Below are positions 48,941-58,225 of a stretch of 64,000 bases of DNA, in pieces. The notes beneath the pieces were generated by a model. The model ran no database searches, was not told the DNA's origin, and saw nothing but the letters and a program-made list of their open reading frames with translations. Origin of the DNA: Patescibacteria group bacterium. GTDB taxonomy: Bacteria > Patescibacteriota > JAHJAL01. The position numbers and the translations under genes were made by a program. The DNA lies in assembly GCA_049322675.1 (NCBI GenBank), contig JBMORM010000025.1, forward strand, positions 128,520-192,519, written 5' to 3'. Each line of letters begins with the position of its first letter. Positions within the stretch are counted from its first letter, which is position 1.

Positions 48941-49198
48941 TTATTGGCTGGCAGATTGTAGATTATTGCTTAATAATAATTGTCGTTGAAGAGTTTGGAG
49001 TGATTCGTCGATAGATTGTATTTGTCTAAAAATGTTAGTGGTGGAAGTTTGCCCAAGTTGATTGAGTTGTATTTTGATCTGGTTTAATTTTTGATAGATT
49101 TCTTTGGTGGTGATGTGGTTATCGATTAGGTATTGTTCGATAAAGGCAATCCAAAGTTTATAGTCGATAACTAGATTCCAAATTTGTTTTTTACTCAT
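48941..49198 (-). CDS. Small hypothetical helical protein, candidate LytST target
   Basis: AAGGAGG RBS and its own -10 element. Confidence 0.7.
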   Translation of the reverse strand: MSKKQIWNLVIDYKLWIAFIEQYLIDNHITTKEIYQKLNQIKIQLNQLGQTSTTNIFRQIQSIDESLQTLQRQLLLSNNLQSASQ

Positions 49199-49232
49199 AA
49201 AAACCTCCTTGATGAAATTAACTTACAACCAG

Positions 49233-49300
49233 ATTATAATCATAAAAAAACTCGTTTCGAACCATAATCGAACGAGCGGTTAATAAAATGGAATAAGCGG
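49233..49300 (-). promoter_or_regulatory. LytTR-type direct-repeat site plus -10 element
   Basis: CCGCTTATTC and CCGCTCGTTC with a 21-bp period; TATAAT at 49233-49238. Confidence 0.65.
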
Positions 49301-49306
49301 GAAAAA

Positions 49307-50065
49307 TTACCAATTTAACTTGTCTTTGACGAAGTGACTGTAGCGACGGGAAACTGGTATGGTAATTTGATTAGTTAGCTCAAGTTGGTAGTTTGATTTT
49401 TGCCAGAGATACATGCGTGAAATATAGTCCAGATTGACTATAAATGATTTGTGGGTACGTAAAAAATTATCTGGTAGGTTTTTTTCTAAATCTTGGAGAT
49501 TGTAGTTGACTCTTTTACTGTCTTTTTGATGGTTATTGGCGAACACTAGTGGTCCTTCGGCGGCAAAATGAGTTAGATCTTTGAGTTGGAATATGTACCG
49601 ATCATTTGGGTTGGTACCGAAGGCAGTTATTTTTCCGCCAATAAATAAGTTGGTCGAATCGATTTTGGCTGGTAGTAAAAGTTGGGTTTTCTTTTTTTCG
49701 ATTTGATTTTTGATTTTGTTGATAGTAACTTGAAGGCGTTTGGGATCTGTGGGTTTTAATAGGTAGTCTATTGCGTTTAACTCGAAAGCTTTGACGGCAT
49801 ATTCGTCGTAGGCTGTAACGAAGACGATAATTATTGTGGGGAAATCTCGAATAATTTTTTGTGCAAGATCAATGCCGGAAATAAAGGGCATGTTGATGTC
49901 CAAAAAGACTAGAGAGATACTTTTTTCTTTAATTAGATTTAAGGCCTTTTCCGGATTATTCATGGTAAAGATTTTTTGCGTTGGGAAATATTCACTTAGT
50001 TGATATTTTAATTCATTGGTGGCTGGTTGTTCGTCATCAATGATTAATGTATTGATGTTTAACAT
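49307..50065 (-). CDS. LytTR-family response regulator
   Basis: IIDDE, VFLDINMP, FVTAYDEYAVKAFELNAIDYLLKP, FLRTHKSFIVN, PVSRRY. Confidence 0.93.
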   Translation of the reverse strand: MLNINTLIIDDEQPATNELKYQLSEYFPTQKIFTMNNPEKALNLIKEKSISLVFLDINMPFISGIDLAQKIIRDFPTIIIVFVTAYDEYAVKAFELNAIDYLLKPTDPKRLQVTINKIKNQIEKKKTQLLLPAKIDSTNLFIGGKITAFGTNPNDRYIFQLKDLTHFAAEGPLVFANNHQKDSKRVNYNLQDLEKNLPDNFLRTHKSFIVNLDYISRMYLWQKSNYQLELTNQITIPVSRRYSHFVKDKLNW

Positions 50066-50076
50066 GTTTGTATGTT

Positions 50077-51288
50077 TTAAAGTGGAATTTTGATAGTTAC
50101 GATTGACCCTTGTTTGGATGAGTTTATCTCCAGGAGGTTATTTTGTTGGTAAAAGTAGTAAAGTCTTCTGATGGTTCCGGCTAGACCCAGATGTTTTGAT
50201 TGACTAATTTTATTCAAAGTTTCTTTGTCTATGCCTTGACCATTGTCTTGAGTGATTAGGTATAAGAAATTTTGGTCTTTTTTGACAGATAGTTTTATTT
50301 GAACTGATTGCTGTCGTTTAATGTTGTGAGAAATAGCATTTTCGACAATTGGTTCCCATATGAGATTTGGTACGGTATGTCGATTATAGATGTCGGGTAT
50401 GTTTTTTATGATTTGCAGACGTTCACCAAATCTGGCGGTGGCAATAGCCAAATAGCTATCAATATTTTTTAATTCGTCAACAAGTGGCACTAACTCGCCT
50501 TGACGACGCAAACTACTGCGTAACAATGAAGATAATTCGATAATCAGGGTATGGGCTTTTTCCGGTTCGGTACGGGTGAGTGAGCCAATGGTATTGAGGG
50601 AATTGAAAAGAAAATGAGGATTGATTTGTGATTCCAGATTTTTGAGGCGAGTTTGGTTTTGCAAGTATAGAGTTTGCTCTCTTTTTTGGTAATCAATGAT
50701 GGAAAAGATGATATAAAGAAAGATTAAAACGCTGGCAACTTGTATTAAGATGACGATCAAGACGGAAGCGAAGTCTTCCCAAAATGTTTGATAGAGAAAA
50801 CCTTCAAGTAAAAAATAGATTATTCCGATTTGAAAACATGAGAAGACAAATTGCAGGCCGGCGGCGACGATCATTTTGTCTCGATGGTTTTGACGGACGT
50901 GGCTGAGTATGCCACTGATTATACCGGCACAAACGGTGAGTATGGCATATGGCCATGATAACGGGAAAAGGACATTGAGCATAATAGCCGCCACTCCTGA
51001 TACAACTAGGCTGACTCTTAGACCAGATAGGATGCCGGAAACGATGATTATCGGCAGGGCCAAGTCGAAAATCAGAAGTCTTTTTTCTCCATAATTGAAA
51101 AGTAGAGTTGCGATGTAAATCAAAAAATATGTAAGAGTAAGTAAGATTTTTTCAAATGGTTTGGGCTGAATGATGTTGAAGTTATTTTTGATGATTAAGT
51201 GACTGATTATAAAAGCAATAATAAGGACAATGGCTGTTCGGCCAGTAATATCCATAATCTGATTCCAGAAATATATATTGGTAGTCAT
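50077..51288 (-). CDS. LytS/YehU-family membrane histidine kinase
   Basis: Multi-TM N-terminus, LESQINPHFLFNSLNTI, PIVENAI.H, DNGQG. Confidence 0.9.
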   Translation of the reverse strand: MTTNIYFWNQIMDITGRTAIVLIIAFIISHLIIKNNFNIIQPKPFEKILLTLTYFLIYIATLLFNYGEKRLLIFDLALPIIIVSGILSGLRVSLVVSGVAAIMLNVLFPLSWPYAILTVCAGIISGILSHVRQNHRDKMIVAAGLQFVFSCFQIGIIYFLLEGFLYQTFWEDFASVLIVILIQVASVLIFLYIIFSIIDYQKREQTLYLQNQTRLKNLESQINPHFLFNSLNTIGSLTRTEPEKAHTLIIELSSLLRSSLRRQGELVPLVDELKNIDSYLAIATARFGERLQIIKNIPDIYNRHTVPNLIWEPIVENAISHNIKRQQSVQIKLSVKKDQNFLYLITQDNGQGIDKETLNKISQSKHLGLAGTIRRLYYFYQQNNLLEINSSKQGSIVTIKIPL

Positions 51289-51388
51289 GAGATTGAATAG
51301 AACTCAAAAAGATAATATTAGAACTATTATAATTATATAATTCTTTTTGATTTTAAGAGAGATTAAAAAAATAATGATTGACCAATTA

Positions 51389-51440
51389 TTAACATGTATG
51401 CTAATTTGTAAATGGTCTATAAAATTAACACTTATGCTAA
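51389..51440 (+). promoter_or_regulatory. Two quasi-palindromic operators upstream of the dinB operon
   Basis: TTAACATGTATGCTAA (51389) and TTAACACTTATGCTAA (51425); TTGACC at 51378. Confidence 0.6.
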
Positions 51441-51688
51441 ATAATAATACAAATGTAATCGAAGAGAAAGTTGGAGTGGTAATTTCTTTTGTTGAAAAAA
51501 TGACTCCCCTACTCTTGATTTGGCGTCGAAGAAGAATTGCGATTAAGAAATTAAATCTTCTTGTAAAAAAGAAAATTGGTAAAAATGTTTCGTATTATTT
51601 TTTTGTGAGTGATGCGGACAACAATGGTTATAAATTATGTTTTAATCTTTCAAAAATGGAATGGATTTTGGATGAGATTACTTTTTAA
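51434..51688 (+). CDS. Small protein preceding dinB
   Basis: P..IW.RR..I....YFFV....Y.L.F....W pattern; ATG 51434. Confidence 0.65.
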   Translation: MLNNNTNVIEEKVGVVISFVEKMTPLLLIWRRRRIAIKKLNLLVKKKIGKNVSYYFFVSDADNNGYKLCFNLSKMEWILDEITF

Positions 51689-51704
51689 AGAACAGGAGAA
51701 AAAA

Positions 51705-52955
51705 ATGAAGGCTATCAAAAATGATTTATTTTCTTTGCCAAAAAAGAACGTTATCGTGATGCATGTTGATATGAATAGTTATTTTGCCAGTTGCGAACAA
51801 CAGGCTAATCCGGCTTGGCGGGGCAAGCCGTTGGGAGTTTGTTCCTATCTTCATCCTAAAGGGACGTTGATTGCAGCTTCGATTGAAGCTAAAAAGATGG
51901 GGATAAAAGCCGGAATAAAGGTGTGGGAAGCTAGATTAAAATGTCCTTCAATTGTTTTGGTGAGGGATGAACCGGCAAAATATCGGGTTGTTACCCGAAG
52001 GTTTAGGAGGATATTCGAAAGTTACAGCAATAGTGTTTCCAATTATAGTATTGATGAATCTTTTTTGAAGTTTTCTGATTTTGATATAGATTTTTCTGAG
52101 AACAAAAGAGATATTATAAAAAAAGCTCAGGAAATAAAAACAAGAATTGGAGGAGAGGTTGGAGAATGGTTAAAGTGTTCGATTGGCATATCCTCGACTA
52201 TGTTTTTTGCTAAAATTGCTTCTGATTATCAAAAACCTGATGGTTTGACTGTAATTGATAAAAACAATGTTGATTTGATTTTGAGTAATTTAGAATTGTT
52301 GGACATATGGGGTATTTCTTGGGGGTTAAAAAGACGGTTAAATAGTTTGGGAATTTTCAGTCCGTTGGATATAAAATACGCAAAACCGTCTTTTTTGTTT
52401 AAAAAGATGGGCAAGATTGGTTATTTTTTGTGGTCAAGATTAAATGGTTTGGAAATAGACAATTTGACAACGAGAGAGAAAAAAGGAGAAAAATCTATAG
52501 GTCATTCTTATACTTTAATAAAAAAAACCGAAGATAAAAAAACCTTATCTTTACTTTTATTAAAATTATGCGAGAAAGTCGGTAGAAGATTAAGAAAAAG
52601 TCAAAAGGTGGCCAAAGTTTGTTGGTTGGCTTGGACTTATGTTTATGGTGGTGGTTTTGGGCGTCAGGAAAAGATGATAAAAGCGACGGATGATAGTTGG
52701 GAAATTTTTCAAGTTATATATAAGAACGTTAAAAATAAGTTGTTGGCGGGAAAAATTAGTAAGATTTTTATTAGTGTTTCTGGTTTGGAAGACAAAAAAA
52801 TACAATTATCATTGCTTTCTGATGAATTAAAAAAGGGTCGACTGGTAAGGTCGATGGATATAATAAATGATAGGTATGGTGATTTTACCTTGGTTAGAGG
52901 AGGTTTGGGGAAATGGAGCGAGGAGATTTCGGATAGAGTGGCATTTGGTAAGTAG
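51705..52955 (+). CDS. dinB: Y-family DNA polymerase IV
   Basis: HVDMNSYFASCEQ, AASIEAK..G, YSIDESF, AKIASDYQKPDG; AGGAG RBS before ATG 51705. Confidence 0.93.
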   Translation: MKAIKNDLFSLPKKNVIVMHVDMNSYFASCEQQANPAWRGKPLGVCSYLHPKGTLIAASIEAKKMGIKAGIKVWEARLKCPSIVLVRDEPAKYRVVTRRFRRIFESYSNSVSNYSIDESFLKFSDFDIDFSENKRDIIKKAQEIKTRIGGEVGEWLKCSIGISSTMFFAKIASDYQKPDGLTVIDKNNVDLILSNLELLDIWGISWGLKRRLNSLGIFSPLDIKYAKPSFLFKKMGKIGYFLWSRLNGLEIDNLTTREKKGEKSIGHSYTLIKKTEDKKTLSLLLLKLCEKVGRRLRKSQKVAKVCWLAWTYVYGGGFGRQEKMIKATDDSWEIFQVIYKNVKNKLLAGKISKIFISVSGLEDKKIQLSLLSDELKKGRLVRSMDIINDRYGDFTLVRGGLGKWSEEISDRVAFGK

Positions 52956-52981
52956 ACGAGTTACTTTGTTTTAAATGGTTG

Positions 52982-53071
52982 TTATATGATTGTAAATAGG
53001 GATGATACTGTTGAAAGAATCATGATCATTGTGATAGCGATGATGACGATCTTTTGAATTTTTTTGTTCAT
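52982..53071 (-). CDS. 29-aa single-TM microprotein (Prli42/DUF4044-like pattern)
   Basis: MNKKIQKIVIIAITMIMILSTVSSLFTII*, starting 10 nt after the upstream stop; below the ORF-track cutoff. Confidence 0.55.
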   Translation of the reverse strand: MNKKIQKIVIIAITMIMILSTVSSLFTII

Positions 53072-53081
53072 GTTTTTTGTT

Positions 53082-53564
53082 TTAGTTTAACCAATTTAAT
53101 TTGTCTTGGATGGTGAACTTATATTGAGAAGAAAATTCGGAAATTTTGTGGAATATATTTTTTAATTGTTCCGGGGTGATTCCATATCGATTATTAATGA
53201 CAATTGTTTCATTATTAGATTTTATGTATATAGTGTAGATCCAATATTTTCCCCACTCATAGCCAGGTTCTTCAAATTTAAAATTACCAATCTTTTTGAC
53301 TTGATTCCATAAAATCAATTTTTCTTTATTTGTTTGATATTTAATATAATAATGATTTATTTTGATGCATTTTCTTTGAATTAGTGGATATATGCTTCTA
53401 ATGATAATAAATTCGGAAATAAGAAAATATGGTAGGAGAATTACTGGTCCAGCTTTATAAATGCAGGCGCATACAAGAATGTTGATTATTGTACCTATTA
53501 ATAAACCGTTAATTCCTAATTTTAATGACCTTGCTTCAAAGGAATAATTTTGCTTGGAATTCAT
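53082..53564 (-). CDS. Hypothetical membrane protein (2 TM + soluble domain)
   Basis: ATGA overlap with the upstream gene; two hydrophobic segments. Confidence 0.6.
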   Translation of the reverse strand: MNSKQNYSFEARSLKLGINGLLIGTIINILVCACIYKAGPVILLPYFLISEFIIIRSIYPLIQRKCIKINHYYIKYQTNKEKLILWNQVKKIGNFKFEEPGYEWGKYWIYTIYIKSNNETIVINNRYGITPEQLKNIFHKISEFSSQYKFTIQDKLNWLN

Positions 53565-54166
53565 TTTTTAGTATTTTGTATTTTTTCTTTATCAATTAAT
53601 TTGATTACTTTTTTTACTAATGTGGCAGGATTGGTGTCGTAGGCTATTTTGCCGGGACCGCGATAGCCTCTTTCTATGATGCCTCTAAATTCGTCAATCA
53701 AACCGCCGGTTCCTTCCATGATGCCGATTGGCTTTTTATCCTCAAAGGCAATGGAGAATTCATTGAGAGTACCGATGCGACCACAAACATTGATGATTGC
53801 ATCCGCCATGCGTGTTAAAAGTAAATTGCGTCCCGAGTAGCCAAAACCGGTGTACATGATAAGGTCGTAGTATCTGGTAGGTAAATGATAGCGGCGGACG
53901 TGATCTTTTTCGGAGGAGGCAGGCGAAATACCAATACTGATGCCTCCGGCTTTTTTGCAGCCTTCGGCGGCATAATTGGGCATGCCGGTGGTGGCGCCAG
54001 TAATTAGGAAGGCATTGTTTAATGCTATTTGACGGCCAAGCTCTCGTACTTTTTCTTTGGCGTCGATAGCACAGATTTCGGCAAGAGCGGAACCGGAAAC
54101 GCATATCGAGTATTTGAGATGGGTTTTGTCGTATGGATTGGAACAGTTGATAGACTTTTTTTTCAT
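53561..54166 (-). CDS. LOG/SLOG family nucleotide-binding protein
   Basis: ICVSGSA, LITGATTGMP, IGISP, YTGFGYSGRN, GRIGTLNEF; ATG 54166. Confidence 0.85.
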   Translation of the reverse strand: MKKKSINCSNPYDKTHLKYSICVSGSALAEICAIDAKEKVRELGRQIALNNAFLITGATTGMPNYAAEGCKKAGGISIGISPASSEKDHVRRYHLPTRYYDLIMYTGFGYSGRNLLLTRMADAIINVCGRIGTLNEFSIAFEDKKPIGIMEGTGGLIDEFRGIIERGYRGPGKIAYDTNPATLVKKVIKLIDKEKIQNTKK

Positions 54167-54204
54167 TTTTTTATTTTTAGCTTTGATAAATTTTGATATG
54201 AATT

Positions 54205-55179
54205 TTAAATTTTGTTGATTTTTGGAGAATATTTGGAGATTTTTTTGATCATTTCTTTTTTTGTCAGAAGTCCGATTTGCGGACCTATGTGTTGAATTAC
54301 GGAATCGGAATTGATAGTCCCCCATTTGAGAGCGTTGTGGCAGTCGAAACCATTTAGAACGGCTGATATATAACCGGTAGAAAAAGCATCGCCGGCGCCG
54401 GTGCGTTCGACAACTTTCGAGCCAAGAGTGTTGATATGCAAAAATTCTCGGCCGTCATAAGAATAGGCACCATATTCACCATTGGTAATAACAATATTAT
54501 TGCTTCCAAGTTTGAAAAATGATTTTAGATAGTATTTTATATCTTTACTTTCAGTGTTGTTTAATATCATTCTAGCTTCGTCTTTGTTGATAATCATGAC
54601 ATTTGATTGTTTGATAACATTTTTAATTTTTGTTAGACCGTCTCTTACTTGAAGAGTGCCTGGATTGAAACCAAGTTTAACATTATTTTTTTTGCAGTAA
54701 TCAACAGTTTTTTTGTAGAGGGTTTCATAATTTTTGCCGACTGATGTTAGGTAAATCCATTTCGGTTTTTGTTTAATTGTTGGAAACGAATACTGGCGAA
54801 TTTCGTGGTGAGAAAAGATAGTTCTTTCTCCCTTGTAATTAATTATTGCAGAATAATTGGTCGGAGATTTCTTATCGTGAGTCAAATAACGGAGATCAAC
54901 TTTTTCTTTTTTGAAATTTGCAATTATGGCATGATGAGATCCTTCATTGCCAACTATTGTATTTATGGTGCTTTTGAGGCCAAGACGGGCGGCGCCGATG
55001 GCTAGATTGGCAGCATTGCCGGTGCCGGCGATTTGGATTACTTCTTTGACAGGGATCTTGTCTCCATAATTGAAACAGATTTCACAGATTTGTTTTTTTA
55101 GGTTACATTGAATATTTCCTTCCTCAACATTGAGAAAGACGTCTATCGTGCAGTCGCCAATTGATAAGATATCCAACAT
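54205..55179 (-). CDS. PfkB-family carbohydrate kinase
   Basis: GNAAN.AIGAARLG, FNPG, INKDEA, ERTGAGDAFSTG. Confidence 0.92.
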   Translation of the reverse strand: MLDILSIGDCTIDVFLNVEEGNIQCNLKKQICEICFNYGDKIPVKEVIQIAGTGNAANLAIGAARLGLKSTINTIVGNEGSHHAIIANFKKEKVDLRYLTHDKKSPTNYSAIINYKGERTIFSHHEIRQYSFPTIKQKPKWIYLTSVGKNYETLYKKTVDYCKKNNVKLGFNPGTLQVRDGLTKIKNVIKQSNVMIINKDEARMILNNTESKDIKYYLKSFFKLGSNNIVITNGEYGAYSYDGREFLHINTLGSKVVERTGAGDAFSTGYISAVLNGFDCHNALKWGTINSDSVIQHIGPQIGLLTKKEMIKKISKYSPKINKI

Positions 55180-55224
55180 ATTGTAATTAATAATTAATAA
55201 TGAAAAATGAATAATATAAAAGAA

Positions 55225-56202
55225 TCAGTTTTGTTTTAGGAAGGAAGTAATTGCAGAGGTAATTGTTTTTACGTCGAGACCATATTTACTAATAAGCTCG
55301 TTGGGTTGACCGGATTCACCAAAGGTATCTGGCATTCCGATTCTTATGATAGGAACGGGATATTTTTCTGATAATAATTCGCAAACTGCCCCGCCTAAGC
55401 CACCGGTGATTTGGTGTTCTTCCAAGGTGATGACTTTTTTGGTTTTTTGTACAGATTTTAAAATAGTTTTTTTGTCCAAAGGTTTGATAGTGTGCGAATT
55501 TATAACCTCAACGGAAATGCCTTGTTTTTCCAATTCATATGCTGCCAGGAGGCCATTGATTAGAATAGGGCCACAACCAATAAGAGAGATGTCTTTGCCT
55601 GTTTTTAAAATATTGGCTTTGCCAATTTGAAAAATTGATTTTTGAGTGGTAATAATGGGGGTTTTTTCGCGAGCAAAACGGAAATAGACGGGGCCGGAAT
55701 ATTTAGCGGCGGCAATGGTGGCTTTGTAAGTTTCGTGATAGTCAAGTGGAGCGATAACAACCAGATTTGGTAGGACGCGAGTAATAGCGATGTCTTCAAG
55801 AGCTTGGTGAGTAGCGCCATCTGGACCGACAGAAACGCCGGTGTGGGCACCTACAATTTTAACATTGGTGTTGTTGTAACAGACGTTGGTACGCAACTGG
55901 TCCCAGTTGCGTCCGGGATTAAAAACGGCGTAACTAGATACAAATGGAATAAACCCTTCATGGGCCAGTCCGGCAGCGACACTCATCATGTTTTGTTCAG
56001 CCACACCGCATTGGATAAAACGATCAGGAAATAATTTGGCAAATTTATCAACTCGAGTTGATTCGGTTAAATCAGCAGTTAATACAACTACTTTGGGGTT
56101 GGTTTTGCCCAATTCAACCAAAGCGTCGCCATAGCCGTTGCGAGTGGGAAGTATTTCAGATGATTTTACTGTAAGTATATTTTTTAGTTTTTTTTCTAGC
56201 AT
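55225..56202 (-). CDS. Transketolase, C-terminal subunit
   Basis: TADLTEST, GVAEQNM, GPDGATHQ, EEHQITGGLG. Confidence 0.93.
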   Translation of the reverse strand: MLEKKLKNILTVKSSEILPTRNGYGDALVELGKTNPKVVVLTADLTESTRVDKFAKLFPDRFIQCGVAEQNMMSVAAGLAHEGFIPFVSSYAVFNPGRNWDQLRTNVCYNNTNVKIVGAHTGVSVGPDGATHQALEDIAITRVLPNLVVIAPLDYHETYKATIAAAKYSGPVYFRFAREKTPIITTQKSIFQIGKANILKTGKDISLIGCGPILINGLLAAYELEKQGISVEVINSHTIKPLDKKTILKSVQKTKKVITLEEHQITGGLGGAVCELLSEKYPVPIIRIGMPDTFGESGQPNELISKYGLDVKTITSAITSFLKQN

Positions 56203-56215
56203 TTTCTTGAAAATT

Positions 56216-56295
56216 TAGTGAAAAATGAATAATGAATAGTGAAGAATGAATAATATTTTTGATTATTATTCACTATTCATTATTCATTTTTAATT
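56216..56295. repeat. Heptamer-period inverted element (AATGAAT unit) overlapping a gene end
   Basis: tagtgaaaaatgaataatgaatagtgaagaatgaataat ... attattcactattcattattcatttttaatt. Confidence 0.75.
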
Positions 56296-57094
56296 GTTCC
56301 AAGGCTTTTTTTGCTTCTTCTTGACTTGGTGGTATGCCGTGCCATTTGGGATCATTTTTCATGAAATCAACTCCTTTGCCGGGTATTGTATGGGTTAAAA
56401 TTAAAGTAGGTTTTTCGAAAATGGCTTTGGCTTCGTTGCAGGCATCTATGATTTCTTCGATATTGTGTCCGTTGATTTCGATAACGTGCCAGTTGAAAGC
56501 CTCGTATTTTTCTCGTAAAGGTTCAAGAGGCATGACATCTTCGGTATGACCGTCGATTTGGATGTTGTTGCGGTCAATGATTTGCGTCAAGTTATTTAAT
56601 TTGTATTTGCCGGCAAACATGATGGCTTCCCAGGTTTGACCTTCATTGTGTTCACCATCGGAAGTAAGGCAATAAATACGATGTTTTTGATTATTTAGTC
56701 TGGCCGCCAAAGCCATACCGCAAGCTTGGGAGAGTCCTTGACCCAATGGACCGCTGGTGGTCTCCAAGCCCGGTAAAGACTTACGGTGAGGGTGTCCTTG
56801 CAGTCTGGTGCCCAATTGCCGAAGAGTTTGCAATTCAGATATTGGGAAATAGCCGGCATGAGCCATGGTGGCATAAAGAACGGGGCAAATATGGCCATTG
56901 GATAATACTAGTCGATCTCTTTGTTCCCAGTTTGGTTTTTTGGGGTTGTGTTTTAAGATATTAAAATATAAAGTTGCAAAGATGTCAGCCATACCAAGTG
57001 AGCCGGCAGTGTGTCCTGATCCGGCTTTGACAAGAATTTTAATAATATCTTGTCTGATATTATTGGCCCTCTTTGCAATGTCTTTTTTTTCCAT
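56273..57094 (-). CDS. Transketolase, N-terminal subunit
   Basis: GSGH, DRLVLSNGH, LQGHP, GPLGQGLS, SDGEHNEGQTWEA, DRNNIQIDG. Confidence 0.95.
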   Translation of the reverse strand: MEKKDIAKRANNIRQDIIKILVKAGSGHTAGSLGMADIFATLYFNILKHNPKKPNWEQRDRLVLSNGHICPVLYATMAHAGYFPISELQTLRQLGTRLQGHPHRKSLPGLETTSGPLGQGLSQACGMALAARLNNQKHRIYCLTSDGEHNEGQTWEAIMFAGKYKLNNLTQIIDRNNIQIDGHTEDVMPLEPLREKYEAFNWHVIEINGHNIEEIIDACNEAKAIFEKPTLILTHTIPGKGVDFMKNDPKWHGIPPSQEEAKKALEQLKMNNE

Positions 57095-57101
57095 TTAAAG
57101 T

Positions 57102-57767
57102 TTATTTTTGGTCGAAATGATTTATGAAATCTTCCAGTTCTTCTATTTTTTTGATTGGATTGTTTGATACAAATATTTCGCTGCCGCAGACGATTTCGTT
57201 GGCTCCGGCTAAAAGTGCTTGTTCGATGGTGTTTTTTGGTTTGAGATGCATACCGCCGTCGATTTGAATATTTAGATTGGGATAGCGGTTGCGTAAAGTT
57301 TTAATTTTTGAAAGGACTTTTGATTGAAATTTTTGATGTCCGCGCCCAGGATCAACACTCATGATAGTTACCCCGTCAATATTACCCATTTTTTCATCAA
57401 GTTTGTTTAATGGAGTATCCGGATTGATGGCTAAATATAGTTTAATAAAATTTTCTTGGTAGATTTGAAGAATTTTTTGCCAGTCCATTTTGGCTTCAAC
57501 GTGTAAAATTATTTTTTCGGCGCCAGCCATTATCCAATCGTTAATGGTTTTTTCTGGGTTTTCAATCATAAGATGGGCTTCGACTGATGGTTGGGGGTTT
57601 AGCTTGTAAAGGTCTTGAGAAGTAAATTGGGTTTTGGGACGAGCAAATTTTCCATCGGTAAAATCGATTTGAATTGATTCGACAAAATCTTCGATTTGGT
57701 CGATTTTGGCAATCAATTGTTTCTTATTGTTTGCCAAGATAGCAGGTATTAGGCTTTTTTTAAGCAT
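57102..57767 (-). CDS. rpe: Ribulose-phosphate 3-epimerase
   Basis: QIDFTDGKF, EAHLMI..P, HVE, INPDTP, MSVDPG..Q.F, QIDGG. Confidence 0.9.
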   Translation of the reverse strand: MLKKSLIPAILANNKKQLIAKIDQIEDFVESIQIDFTDGKFARPKTQFTSQDLYKLNPQPSVEAHLMIENPEKTINDWIMAGAEKIILHVEAKMDWQKILQIYQENFIKLYLAINPDTPLNKLDEKMGNIDGVTIMSVDPGRGHQKFQSKVLSKIKTLRNRYPNLNIQIDGGMHLKPKNTIEQALLAGANEIVCGSEIFVSNNPIKKIEELEDFINHFDQK

Positions 57768-58225
57768 TTTTCAATTTTCTCGATTTGTTTTAAGCGACGA
57801 CTATTTTTAATTTTTCCGGAGAATGGAGTAGTTAAAAATTTATTCAAGATAAGCTTGGCTTCTTTTTTGGTGACAAAATCGGCCGGGATAACAAGAATAT
57901 GTGGATTGTCATCGTTTTTTACTTCTTTGGCGATTTCTTTGTTCCAACATACGGCGGCACGAAGACATTTGATTTTATTGGCTACGATATTCATACCAGC
58001 CCCGGAGCCACAAATCAAGACTCCAACATTGTTTTGACGATTTTTTTTAACCGCTAAACATACTTTTTGACCGAATATTGGGTAATTATCTTTGGCCTCG
58101 TAATGGTTGTTTCCATGGTCAATGATATTATAACCCTTTTTTTGCAGGTATTTTTTTAGTTCAAATTTCAAACAATAACCTCGATGATCGGCGCCGATAT
58201 GGATGGTGGGCTTTTTAATTGGCAT
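57749..58225 (-). CDS. rpiB: Ribose-5-phosphate isomerase B
   Basis: GADHRG, ICGSGAGMNIVANK, RAA. Confidence 0.9.
   Translation of the reverse strand: MPIKKPTIHIGADHRGYCLKFELKKYLQKKGYNIIDHGNNHYEAKDNYPIFGQKVCLAVKKNRQNNVGVLICGSGAGMNIVANKIKCLRAAVCWNKEIAKEVKNDDNPHILVIPADFVTKKEAKLILNKFLTTPFSGKIKNSRRLKQIEKIEKCLKKA

Noticed and set aside
53561-54325. 5' extensions of the LOG, dinB, rnhA, recR, ftsE and methyltransferase ORFs in the track
   Set aside because: They overlap neighbouring genes or lie in repeats; downstream ATGs fit the family N-termini
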